Source: Botryllus schlosseri
Taxonomy: Eukaryota
Assembly (NCBI GenBank): GCA_051294905.1
Contig: CM119372.1
Span: 18,912,001-18,972,000, forward strand
Length of the DNA stretch: 60,000 nt
Reading direction: 5' to 3'
Positions 1 to 12,215 of this stretch are shown piece by piece (the first letter of the stretch is position 1; every line of letters begins with the position of its first letter). Both the position numbers and the translations under genes were made by a program. The notes beneath the pieces were generated by a model. It did not search any database and was not told the DNA's origin. It saw only the letters and a program-made list of their open reading frames with translations.

Positions 1-2487
1 CATGTGTAAGTCCAGCACAATTGCAGTATCCATTCGAGTTTAGTCAACACAAATTTATTACAACGGAGCCACGTAAACTTTCGTGAAAGAAAAGCATACT
101 CACTTCCAGAGGGTTATGTCAACACCATAGCAGTTCCCCAACAACAAAGTACATATGTTTCTAGCCACGGTCCTTACATCTTTCACATAGATCAATCTAC
201 TTTGCTAACGAAAAGTGCTGAGTCATCACATGATCGCTCTCACAACAAAACAGCTAGTAGATATTATCATTCAAAATATTCCTAACCCTTTACACACCAG
301 TGACAAATCATACAACGAATATGCTTTGCGGGTCGAATTGTTGTTCAGTGTCAAGTCTACCTGTTGAAACGTACATTAAACAGCGCAATCCAATTAAAAC
401 CACGAATCTATTTTCATTTCGTCACATACAGAAAAATAAATTTTCTTTCTCCAACACATACTTGTAACCAATCGCTTTCATTAAACACACAACACCATAA
501 AAGTATTTACTTTCTACAACATAGACATTCCGATGTAGTCAAGAAATATTTTTATTAATCAAAATCATCGATTTTTGTTCACGGCGTTAGTGTGTGCATG
601 TCATACCTGTGGGCCCCGTATTAAAATGGACACGACACGACTGACTGTAAGGAGATAGAAGTCTATCACATCGATTTACATGTGGTCTTCGCTACGGTTT
701 CAAAAAACGAATCATCTCTTTTGCATTGATCTAGACCGAGCAAGTTAGTTAATGGCCATGATTGTGTTTGTCATATGCGAATGATAGGGTTACTGTCAAA
801 TCTACATACAACAATCTTCTGACGATCATAATAGCAATTTCATTTTCCGCCCCTTCATAATTGTACAACTCGGTAACTACGTTTAACAAGACCAATCACA
901 CTACCGGCGTTGAACACAAGATACCTACCCAAGTAAAAATATCATTCTGGTTTGGACAACTGACGTTTACCTGTGTAAAATTATCATTTTCACCTGGAGG
1001 TCCACCGTTACCTAACTAAAATACCATTGTCCTTTGGAGATTTATCGTTTACCCAGTGTAACAATCCCCTTTTCACTTGGAAATCTATTTTTGACCTGGA
1101 TAACAAACCCCTTTTCACTTGGAAATCTATTTTTGACCTGGATAACAAACCTTTTTCATTTGGAAATATATTTTTTCTCTTGGTAACAAACCTTTTTCAC
1201 TTGGAAATATATTTTTTCTCTTGGTAACAAACCTTTTTCATTTGGAAATATATTTTTTCTCTTGGTAACAAACCTTTTTCACTTGGAAATATATTTTTTC
1301 TCTTGGTAATAAACCTTTTTCACGTGGAAATATATTTTTTCTCTGGTTAACAAACCTTTTTCACTTGGAAATATATTTTTTCTCTGAGTAACAAACCTTT
1401 TTCACTTGGGAATATATTTTTTCTCTGGTTAACAAACCTTTTTCACTTGGAAATATATTTTTTCTCTGGGTAACAAACCTTTTTCCCTGAGCAACAAACC
1501 TTTTTCACTTGTAAATATATTTTTTCCCGGGTAACAAACCTTTTTCACTTGGAAATATATTTTTTTCCCTGGGTAACAAACCTTTTTCACTTGGAAATAT
1601 ATTTTTTCCCTGGGTTACAAACCTTTTTCACTTGGTGGTCCGTCGTTTACCTGAGTAAAAATATCATTTTCCTTTGGGGGATCTGGCGTTTACCCAGTGT
1701 AACAATACATTTTCTCTTGGTCATCTAGCTTTTCCTAGAGTAACAAAACCCTTTTCATTTTGAAATCTGACAAACACACCTGACAATTTGATATTTTTGT
1801 ATATTGTTACAACGGATAGCGACAAAATATACACCAACAACAACTCCAATACATTTGTGTAATCGCATATTCACTTGTGCTGATGCAACCCATCAAAATC
1901 ATCGGTTACCCACATACAATGCGCTGTTGTGCATCGACGTTTATGTTTTTGGAAAATTGGACAATAGGCTTCGATAGTTCTGTGATGTCCGGGCTCATGC
2001 TTTGGATTTTCCAGAGTCAAAATGTCTGAATAAAACACCTCCTCGACGATGGTTGGTATGTGGATAACGGGGTTCGGAAGACGGTTGGATTTATGTCACC
2101 CATCGCGATAACAATTCCAGGTCGAGTTTTCCCCCGCGTGTTTACTATATTGTGTCTTTATTGGTCAATGTATGTCTCGACATTCAGTTTCAAATCGGAA
2201 ACCCTGATAAAGTATGTAACCGGATCCGGATATCACTCTGAATCGATAAACCAATGAACAATATTCAAAGTAAACATGTTACATTCCACGAAAAAATACC
2301 ATCCAGACATACGTCGCGCTTGTTTGTCCACAACAGTATACGCGTAAATGGAGGTGTGTGACATTGCATGCAATGTGTTGGTATACAAACATCGATCCAC
2401 AGACATTATCATAGCCGGTAGTTTTGATGTAGATCGAATGTCACCCGATAACAATACCAATAAGCCACATTGCAATGACTCTGAGTC
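1..2487. repeat. Left arm of giant inverted repeat (truncated by window start)
   Basis: Position 1 CATGTGTAAGTCCAGCAC is the reverse complement of the sequence ending at 5841. The match continues inward to ...TTGCAATGACTCTGAGTC at 2487, which pairs with 3363. The ORF track shows mirrored identical ORFs (364+/5284-, 1027+/4615-, 2060+/3593-). Confidence 0.97.
1060..1640. repeat. 41-42 bp tandem array (~14 units; diverged units extend ~920-1760)
   Basis: Unit ~TTGGAAATATATTTTTTCTCTTGGTAACAAACCTTTTTCAC; period 42 at 1077/1119 and 41 at 1201/1242. Confidence 0.95.
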
Positions 2488-3362
2488 CGCGCTATTACAT
2501 CGATATTTCGACACCGTTCACTGATTTATTCGATGGTGTTATCGCAAGATAGTCATGGCCCTATCTCCGGACAGACCACCCAGACCAATTGGATACATCG
2601 ATCAATGTGTTGTCCACACCGAAGTTTTCTGCTGCAGCGTTTGACCATGGTGAACTATCGAAGTGGTGCTCGAAATGATTGCGATCAGTCTTTCAGTCAC
2701 GATGCATGGATGTCGCTACTCCCACATAACGACTCCAGACAAATATCGTGCAAATCTCGGACTGATACTGTGATCCAATAAGGTGTGTTTCTGAGGAATG
2801 AAGACTGCAATCGTACACCACAATAGAACACTACCTCGCGATTTCACACGCAATCATAAAACACATCATCGTAAGGATTCAGTTCGTCCGGTGACATTTC
2901 GAAACGGTCATCGCCACAAGAGATCGGTATCATTTTGAAAAGACATCGTCACAAGGCTATTGACGTCGATTCTGTTGGTCATGTCAATCCGTTTCACAAT
3001 CCGCCGTTTTTCAACTTCCCGCACCATAGTGTTACGACACAGACAAGAAGCGTCGGTGGAAATAATAAAACACGGAAAGCACACTTTGGTGTTATTTGAC
3101 ATGGATTTTACACCCGACGAACCTTACATTCGAGCGATGCATTGGAATGACGCTTGTATTATTGACGTAGAAGGAACAGAAATGTATCGATTTATTGGTT
3201 TCGTACATATCCAACAAAAACCAGGGTATGTGATTGTGCGTGGTTCGCATATTCGACTGTGAACGCTCTATTGGTATATGCTGTATAGTTCACTTTCACC
3301 GTCGTGCGAATAACCCATGTTACGGTTCCATGTTTGTGTGTCTGTATGTCATGCTTCAGATT

Positions 3363-5841
3363 GACTCAGAGTCATTGCAATGTGGCTTATTGGTATTGTT
3401 ATCGGGTGACATTCGATCTACATCAAAACTACCGGCTATGATAATGTCTGTGGATCGATGTTTGTATACCAACACATTGCATGCAATGTCACACACCTCC
3501 ATTTACGCGTATACTGTTGTGGACAAACAAGCGCGACGTATGTCTGGATGGTATTTTTTCGTGGAATGTAACATGTTTACTTTGAATATTGTTCATTGGT
3601 TTATCGATTCAGAGTGATATCCGGATCCGGTTACATACTTTATCAGGGTTTCCGATTTGAAACTGAATGTCGAGACATACATTGACCAATAAAGACACAA
3701 TATAGTAAACACGCGGGGGAAAACTCGACCTGGAATTGTTATCGCGATGGGTGACATAAATCCAACCGTCTTCCGAACCCCGTTATCCACATACCAACCA
3801 TCGTCGAGGAGGTGTTTTATTCAGACATTTTGACTCTGGAAAATCCAAAGCATGAGCCCGGACATCACAGAACTATCGAAGCCTATTGTCCAATTTTCCA
3901 AAAACATAAACGTCGATGCACAACAGCGCATTGTATGTGGGTAACCGATGATTTTGATGGGTTGCATCAGCACAAGTGAATATGCGATTACACAAATGTA
4001 TTGGAGTTGTTGTTGGTGTATATTTTGTCGCTATCCGTTGTAACAATATACAAAAATATCAAATTGTCAGGTGTGTTTGTCAGATTTCAAAATGAAAAGG
4101 GTTTTGTTACTCTAGGAAAAGCTAGATGACCAAGAGAAAATGTATTGTTACACTGGGTAAACGCCAGATCCCCCAAAGGAAAATGATATTTTTACTCAGG
4201 TAAACGACGGACCACCAAGTGAAAAAGGTTTGTAACCCAGGGAAAAAATATATTTCCAAGTGAAAAAGGTTTGTTACCCAGGGAAAAAAATATATTTCCA
4301 AGTGAAAAAGGTTTGTTACCCGGGAAAAAATATATTTACAAGTGAAAAAGGTTTGTTGCTCAGGGAAAAAGGTTTGTTACCCAGAGAAAAAATATATTTC
4401 CAAGTGAAAAAGGTTTGTTAACCAGAGAAAAAATATATTCCCAAGTGAAAAAGGTTTGTTACTCAGAGAAAAAATATATTTCCAAGGTTTGTTACTCAGA
4501 GAAAAAATATATTTCCAAGTGAAAAAGGTTTATTACCAAGAGAAAAAATATATTTCCAAGTGAAAAAGGTTTGTTACCAAGAGAAAAAATATATTTCCAA
4601 ATGAAAAAGGTTTGTTACCAAGAGAAAAAATATATTTCCAAGTGAAAAAGGTTTGTTACCAAGAGAAAAAATATATTTCCAAATGAAAAAGGTTTGTTAT
4701 CCAGGTCAAAAATAGATTTCCAAGTGAAAAGGGGTTTGTTATCCAGGTCAAAAATAGATTTCCAAGTGAAAAGGGGATTGTTACACTGGGTAAACGATAA
4801 ATCTCCAAAGGACAATGGTATTTTAGTTAGGTAACGGTGGACCTCCAGGTGAAAATGATAATTTTACACAGGTAAACGTCAGTTGTCCAAACCAGAATGA
4901 TATTTTTACTTGGGTAGGTATCTTGTGTTCAACGCCGGTAGTGTGATTGGTCTTGTTAAACGTAGTTACCGAGTTGTACAATTATGAAGGGGCGGAAAAT
5001 GAAATTGCTATTATGATCGTCAGAAGATTGTTGTATGTAGATTTGACAGTAACCCTATCATTCGCATATGACAAACACAATCATGGCCATTAACTAACTT
5101 GCTCGGTCTAGATCAATGCAAAAGAGATGATTCGTTTTTTGAAACCGTAGCGAAGACCACATGTAAATCGATGTGATAGACTTCTATCTCCTTACAGTCA
5201 GTCGTGTCGTGTCCATTTTAATACGGGGCCCACAGGTATGACATGCACACACTAACGCCGTGAACAAAAATCGATGATTTTGATTAATAAAAATATTTCT
5301 TGACTACATCGGAATGTCTATGTTGTAGAAAGTAAATACTTTTATGGTGTTGTGTGTTTAATGAAAGCGATTGGTTACAAGTATGTGTTGGAGAAAGAAA
5401 ATTTATTTTTCTGTATGTGACGAAATGAAAATAGATTCGTGGTTTTAATTGGATTGCGCTGTTTAATGTACGTTTCAACAGGTAGACTTGACACTGAACA
5501 ACAATTCGACCCGCAAAGCATATTCGTTGTATGATTTGTCACTGGTGTGTAAAGGGTTAGGAATATTTTGAATGATAATATCTACTAGCTGTTTTGTTGT
5601 GAGAGCGATCATGTGATGACTCAGCACTTTTCGTTAGCAAAGTAGATTGATCTATGTGAAAGATGTAAGGACCGTGGCTAGAAACATATGTACTTTGTTG
5701 TTGGGGAACTGCTATGGTGTTGACATAACCCTCTGGAAGTGAGTATGCTTTTCTTTCACGAAAGTTTACGTGGCTCCGTTGTAATAAATTTGTGTTGACT
5801 AAACTCGAATGGATACTGCAATTGTGCTGGACTTACACATG
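3363..5841. repeat. Right arm of giant inverted repeat
   Basis: Reverse complement of 1-2487. It is 8 bp shorter, and the only differences I found are in one unit of the tandem array (~4480-4520). Confidence 0.97.
4210..4785. repeat. 41-42 bp tandem array, mirror copy in right arm
   Basis: Unit ~CCAAGTGAAAAAGGTTTGTTACCAAGAGAAAAAATATATTT, the reverse complement of the 1060-1640 array. Confidence 0.95.
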
Positions 5842-8800
5842 GTATTCGCATACTGTACACATACAAACTTTTGTGTAAACAACTCTGATGTTTCTGTTAG
5901 TACTAGTTCTGTGTTGAACTATTTGATTATTAAGATACATGAACACCCATTCAGACAATAAAGGTCTTGTGATATCGAAACAGTTTGTAGAGTCTAACCA
6001 ACCATTCTTTAGTTTCGTAATGTGAGAATATCGAGTAAAGTTAATTACTTAGTGCGATGTTAATATCCTTCGTACTTTTGTAAGAGTTGTGGGATAACAT
6101 ACAAAGTAACTAATTGACACAAACAAAATGGTGATATTGTGAAGATGATGCCGCAACAAGTGATATTTTGTATCGGGTGTTTGTACTTTAGGAATAGCGG
6201 AGTGTGCGATATTTTGGATATGTGTGCACGGTTGTTAACTACGGTTGTTCTTGGGTCTTGCGTTGAGTAAATCATAACTATGTCTAGAATTCAAACACAT
6301 CCAAGTAAGTTCTTTAGTGACTATGATTACATCTACTTTGACGAGAGGAAATGGGAAAATTAAAATGGATACTACTGACGAACAAAAAGTGCAAAATGGT
6401 TTTATCAGATTTAGGTGTAGGATATCTTTTCGATTTCTTTACCAGAGTGTGTTTTACAAATATCTCTAGTACACCAACGTATAGGGTACAATTATCAAAC
6501 GTCGTACAAATTGTTTATGCGACGGCAACGACTTTGGGTTACTTGGTTTCGATCCTTTTGTAAAAGCTTGTCGGACAATGGGGTTATAATCTTCTGTAAT
6601 GATCGAGGTACGTGATCAAGTTTCCAATCAATTAATAATCGGACATACGACTTTGGTTTAACGAATCATAATATTTCTAAAATCATAAGACACAAATCGA
6701 AATTCATATCAATCAAGACCTTTGCATGCTCTGAGTTTTGTGATGGCGTTTATTTCACCTGATAGAAATGAACTTGTATCAATAGTAGCACGAAACGCAT
6801 TTATCATTTTCGGTGTTATTGTTCACCCACTTCGACTGGTACTCGATGCCAAAAGTGATATTTTCTAATAACCTTTACCACAACATCGGGTCTAATTATC
6901 GTGAATAATTTAATAATCAAGTCGTGGTCGAGCATTACAAAATCTCATATATCAAATCAATGTGTCAATCCTTATGTTTACAGTATGATACCTTTCAATG
7001 TAAAACCGGCGTTTGATTGTAAGAAATGAATTCTCAACTACGTTGGTCAGGCATTCAAATCCGGTATACTCAAATGTAATATGTTAATCTCAAACCACAC
7101 ACCGAGTAGTATTTACTTTGGTTTATAAAATATATCAAGTAGTAATTACTTTGTCTTGCAAAATAGTAACGACTTTTACAGTTGAAAAACAAAAGACGCG
7201 TCGTAGGGATATGAATACAACCGAACTTGCTATGGATTTTGGATTGTAGTGATTACTCGCGTAGTCTTGTCTACTTTTCGTAAGGATACTGTTGAGTTGG
7301 TTGGGTAAGTTGCAAACGGATTGAATTGACAAGGTTTTTTGTATTTTACTCTTTTGTTTATGGGAAGATGCTAAAATGTTGAGACGTAATACTATTTCCG
7401 TTCACTCGATTACAACAAAAAATAACCCGATAGTTTGTTCAAGGTTTCGACAAATAGATTGAAATATTCCGATTTAACTCATCGCGTCGCAAGTCGATCG
7501 CGGTACGCACAAGTGGTTGTCAAGTTAGAAATATTTACAACAGGTGCTATTTCATTGATTGATTCTATTGTGTGTAGTAACACATTAAAATATCGCGATA
7601 GTATTTACTGAAACTCTATTTGATAAACGGAAAACTCAGTCGTGAATAGAGTTGTAAGTTTCAAGGATTGTTTCAAAGTATGATCTTGAAATGTGACTGG
7701 ATCAAAGTTGGTAGTCATGTTTGTCAATATATTTCAATTCAGACTATGTCAAAGTCCAAATATTTCATTTTGGATTATCTGGATTTAACTTTAGTACATC
7801 CCGCGAATGGATTCCGATGCGGTACTATAACATTTTTGATAATAATGACTCAAGGATTTTCAATCAACAATACTGGAATTTTTTGGTAATGCTAGAGTTG
7901 CCAAATGATTAGTTGTGTGTTTTTGTTAAGTGTTTGATTTCAAGTTAATAAAGACAATAACTGTGTAATGCACATACTTGTGATTCTTGATTCTTGTAGA
8001 GTTATAGTTGGTATTGATTCTATAAGTGTGAAAACAGTGGCGCGGAATGTGCGAATAATTCGATGCGGCTGAAAGTCGGCGTCAGTAATATTCGGGTTAC
8101 GTTCGATTCAACAAAAACGCGGTAAGGGATTTGTCAAAGGATTAGAGTTGTACCGATTTAAAAATTCAGATACGAATTGACTTGATTTGTGTAGTGAGTT
8201 TCATTTCAAGTTGATAAACTAACACATTGATTGAATATTTTCATGGATCTTATCACGCAACTAAAGTCAGCCACTATTCTGGAGGCGTGAAACATATAGC
8301 GATCGCGGGCGAGTGACAAATTGTCGGTTTTCCAATCACCGCCTGCGACGGTTCTGTGACAAACTAATTACCGAAATATTACCTTGTAGGCGGGTATGCG
8401 GAATTGCTATGTCTGAAGTATTATCCGGTGAGTGGTCGTTGGATTTTAAAATTATATCACACCCTTTTGAATAAGCGTTAACTTCACAAAGGATTAGAGT
8501 TAGAGCGGAAATAAGTGACAATTTGTCGCTATTCAAGTTACCGCGGTCTGTTATTCGTTACTTGTTAAATCTTACCAGCGATATCAAGTACTGCGACAAA
8601 CTGATTACTAAAATTTCACCGCGTGAGCGATTGGTATGGTTATGACACCAAGTCGTGAAAGATGGTTATGACCGAGACATTATCTTGTCAGCGATCGCGG
8701 GGTTTTGCAAACTATTTCACAGCTATTTGAAGTGTTAATTCGTGAGCGTTGTTGTTGTTGATATTCGAATCGCCGTCTACGCCGGCTCTGTGGTAAACTA

Positions 8801-8869
8801 AATACCAAAATATTACCTTGCAAGTGATTCCTAGACTTGGCAAACTATTTCACACCTTTTTTGCTGAAA

Positions 8870-9760
8870 GTACGACATGCCGCCCGCAGTCTATACCGAA
8901 AGTACGAATCACGACCGCACCCATAAGAAATAAGACCCGCCGCCATAAGAAATAAGTACCGCTCGCCACCCCGGGTTTCGTGTTAGCATCAATAGCCGCT
9001 CACCACCCCCGCCATAAGACGCAATAGCCGCATGCGACCGCACCCATAAGAACACATGGCGAGTCACCACAGACCCCGTAAGAATACACGCCAGGCGAAT
9101 TACCGTCACCACCTATAGTAAAAAAGGCGAGTCACGACCACCGCGGTTGGCTGTGAAACAATTCAGCGCGCAGGTCATTCGAAATATAGGTCGCACTGCT
9201 TAATCCTCTTGCAAGCCACGTTTCCGTTTGTGCGGTTATTGTTGGTGACTCGTACATATTCAACACCGCGCGAGAGATGCCCGAAAGTACGAATCATCGC
9301 CGCATCCATAAGAATAACGATATACACATTAACAAAGATTCATTCGCATGACTATTTACTTGATACATATTCAACAACGCGCGAGAGATGCCTGAAAGTA
9401 CGAATCACGACCGCGCCCATAAGAACACATGGCGAGTCGCCACAGATCCCGTAAGAATACATGACAGACACATTTATCGTCGTTAGCATGTCGCCGCACG
9501 TATACCAAAAAACATTAGCATGCCACCACGAGTTTCGCGTTATCATGCGGTCGCACCCATAAGACGAAAACGTTAGCATGTCACCCCCGCCATAAGACGA
9601 AAACGTTAGCATGTCACCCCCGCCATAAGACGAAAACGTTAGCATGCCACCCCCGCCATAAGACGAAAACGTTAGCATGCCACCCCGCCATAAGACGAAA
9701 ACGTTAGCATGCCACCCCCGGTTTTCGCGTTAGCATGCGACCCCGCCATAAGCGCCCCAG
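8870..9760. repeat. GC-rich subterminal repeats incl. 33-bp tandem array (9568-9720, ~5 copies)
   Basis: Unit AAACGTTAGCATG(T/C)CACCCCCGCCATAAGACGA at 9568, 9601, 9634, 9667, 9699. The CCGCCATAAGA motif recurs from ~8920, with a ~70-bp duplication at ~9253 and ~9364. Confidence 0.9.
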
Positions 9761-10061
9761 GCACACCCAGACCGATCGACTACACTACTCACGACATCAA
9801 AAGCGATGTACGCTACATGTACGTAGTCAGTAGTCGACTATACTACTGTCGTGTGATTGCGGATCAAGCTCACAGCAGAGAGTCACTAAATATTCACAAG
9901 CAGAAAGCTGGATATTTCGAGCAAACTTCTATAATAAAGCAGTTAAAAGTTTTGAGATTGTTAAGGTGCGTGCTCGTTTAGTGTTGATTTTTTATGCTGC
10001 CAGCGTATATAGAGTGGCCCGCCGTTGAAATGCAATAAATTTCAACTAAAGTGGTTATAAT

Positions 10062-11567
10062 CAGTGGCGTAGCAGCCACTTGGCGGTTCTGGCTCTGCGC
10101 CAGGGGCGGCAGGCTCCAAGGGGGCGGCAGAATGAGGCTGAACAGTGTGTGAGTGTGTGAGAGAGAGATATGGTATTCCATTTCGCCTGCACCATCGAGA
10201 TGCTTTGACGACGGAGATGCGATACGGACTTTATATAGTAAGGCCATCTAGTCTGCTCCCCCGTTTTTTCTCCTCCGAGATTGATGAACGCCTAGCGGGA
10301 TAACAGTTTTCGAGTATTCAGTCTGACCCGGTCGGGGATAGAACCTACGACCTACCGCTACCGATCAAGAAGCCGGACGCATCACCATTACATTATCTCG
10401 CTCGGCACAGTGTAGGCTACACAGCCGGCTAAAAGAAGCGTAATTGGTAGTCCTATAGCTGGCGTCCCGTGAGCTAAAATTTAATCAAACAGGTCTCAAG
10501 CGAAAGCTAATGTCGCGCTGATTCCGAAAACACGAATTAATATATTAACATGGCGATGGAACCACTCCGAATTAGCCGGCAAGGCCGATTGTTCGGAGAG
10601 TTCGCAGAAAAAGGAGAATGCCTGGCGAACAGTCAGAAGATACTGGCCTCAGTGTTGCTGAAGAAGTTAGACGATGCATGTTTCAACCTTTGGACAGATT
10701 TAAACTTGAAGCTGAAACTACAGGCATACACCACTTAAATGATATGTTTGGATTCTTGAACTCCTACGCGCTGCTGCAAATCGAAAGTCACAATCTATTC
10801 ACCAGCGCTTTTAGAAGCACTTATGACGACGAGGTGGACTTTTTGGAGTTACCTGCGAAAATTGTCGTACCTTATACCTTCGAATTAGGGGTCATATAAA
10901 TCAGAAGATTGCTAGCTTTTCGTACAAACCAATATGAGGCCTCTAGGACGAACACAAATTAAGATATATGATCATATGAAGTTGTTCAACTCGAGGCAGG
11001 TGCGGAGCAGCGAAACCACGATTGATAGTAGTGGAACAGCGTTTGTTGTTTTACAGCGATTAGTTAATGCAAAACTACTTGATTCGACACCATATCTATG
11101 CTTGTGTCTGAAACTTTATGTGACCATTGGTGTCTCAATTGCGAGCTGTCTGACCATTGGTGTCTCAATTGCGAGCTGTGTGAGGATCTTTTCAAAGCTC
11201 AAACTGAATAATTCTTTTTTACGTTCTACCATGAATGATTATTGGCTATCAGATCTATCCACTCTGTCTATAGGAAGAGACTACGTTCAAAAACTTGAAT
11301 TTGATATTATCGCTGATTTTGCTTTGAGGCGTCTATTGATATTCTATTTGCACAATACATCCGTTTGCTATTTCTTGTCTTTATTATTTTTGGCCTTATT
11401 TACGTTAAGACGGTGAGGCTGAGACGCGGCATATTATTTGTAATTATTTTTATTGACAAGATTGCTTGAATATGAATCTATGTCGAAATTTGCTGCGTTC
11501 TACTTATGGGGAGGGGCGGCATTTTAGGCGAGAGCCAGGGGCGGCAGCACATGCTGCTACGCCAGTG
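10062..11567 (+). mobile_element. hAT DNA transposon, internally deleted, with decayed transposase C-terminus
   Basis: TIRs CAGTGGCGTAGCAGC / GCTGCTACGCCAGTG; perfect 8-bp TSD GTTATAAT (10054-10061, 11568-11575). hAT dimerisation-domain-like text LKLYVTIGVSIASC..FSKLKL..FLRSTM...LSDLSTLSI at ~11100-11330, with a 30-bp tandem duplication (11121/11151). Confidence 0.92.
10149..10406 (-). mobile_element. tRNA-derived SINE nested in the hAT element
   Basis: Minus strand starts with a tRNA-like head GCCGAGCGAGATAATGTAATGGTGATGCGTCCGG...GTCGTAGGTTCTATCCCCGACC (B-box-like GGTTCTATCCC) and ends in a TC/CA simple-repeat tail; flanked by ACAGTGT direct repeats (10142-10148, 10407-10413). Confidence 0.6.
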
Positions 11568-12215
11568 GTTATAATGACGTGAAAATTGTAATATATGAAA
11601 AAGGTTCACAGGGCTGAACCTATACCAAGGTTCGTTTGTGAGCGTGAACGTCTAAATTTCCGAGTTTCACCCACAGAACGCGAACCTGAACCTCACGTTC
11701 ACATCATCTCTACGTATATCACTTAATAACATCAAACTTAAATGGTAGAGACATCAGCCAGACTGAAAAATCAAGGTGATATTCATGATTGGGGATGCAG
11801 ATTCCATCAGAATAAGATTTGCAAATACAGAAAACCTCAAAGTTAGCTGATTGAGTTAGCGACCTATTTCTTATTACAGTAGTAATATTCACACGCAGGA
11901 TATCTATAGGCTAACTCCTCGCCATCTGTTCCATGTAAGCGGTAGGTAAAAAATCCGAGAAGTGAACAGAATATCGACCTGGTGTAAATGACTATTAAAG
12001 TCGAAAGCACCACAAAAGGCTACGAACAACGACTGCGCAGTGCGCAGGCTATGTAAATAGTTATCACGTACCACAATTGTACGTAATAAAGCCGAATTGC
12101 ACTTTCGCTGGCGATTTCGAGGGTGTTCCGGTGCTCTAAGAATGTTAATATTCGGGTTTTCGGAATCAGTGCGTTTGATTGACACCAGTTATTACGAATT
12201 CGGAGCTGTTTATGA

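Larger units (their letters stand above)
1..9789. mobile_element. Putative large non-autonomous Polinton/Maverick-like (foldback) element, right part
   Basis: Ends in GC-rich subterminal repeats (8870-9760) and ...TCGACTACACTACT at 9789, matching the (AGT)n/(ACT)n termini of many Polintons. It lacks the MITEs that are common in the rest of the window. No recognisable pPolB, integrase or capsid ORF, so the family call is tentative. Confidence 0.4.

Noticed and set aside
1060..1640. CRISPR array
   Set aside because: The units are contiguous tandem copies with no unique spacers, the context is eukaryotic, and there are no cas genes.
364..5478. Mirrored ORF pairs (364/5284, 1027/4615, 2060/3593) as genes
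   Set aside because: They are short, mostly have non-ATG starts, show no recognisable domains, and are duplicated simply because of the inverted repeat.
9352..9678. 108-aa MLTFSSYGGGG repeat protein
   Set aside because: It is the translation of a 33-bp non-coding tandem repeat; an adjacent 32-bp unit breaks the frame.
10300..10406. Functional tRNA gene
   Set aside because: No complete cloverleaf; it is followed by a SINE body, a simple-repeat tail and a TSD.
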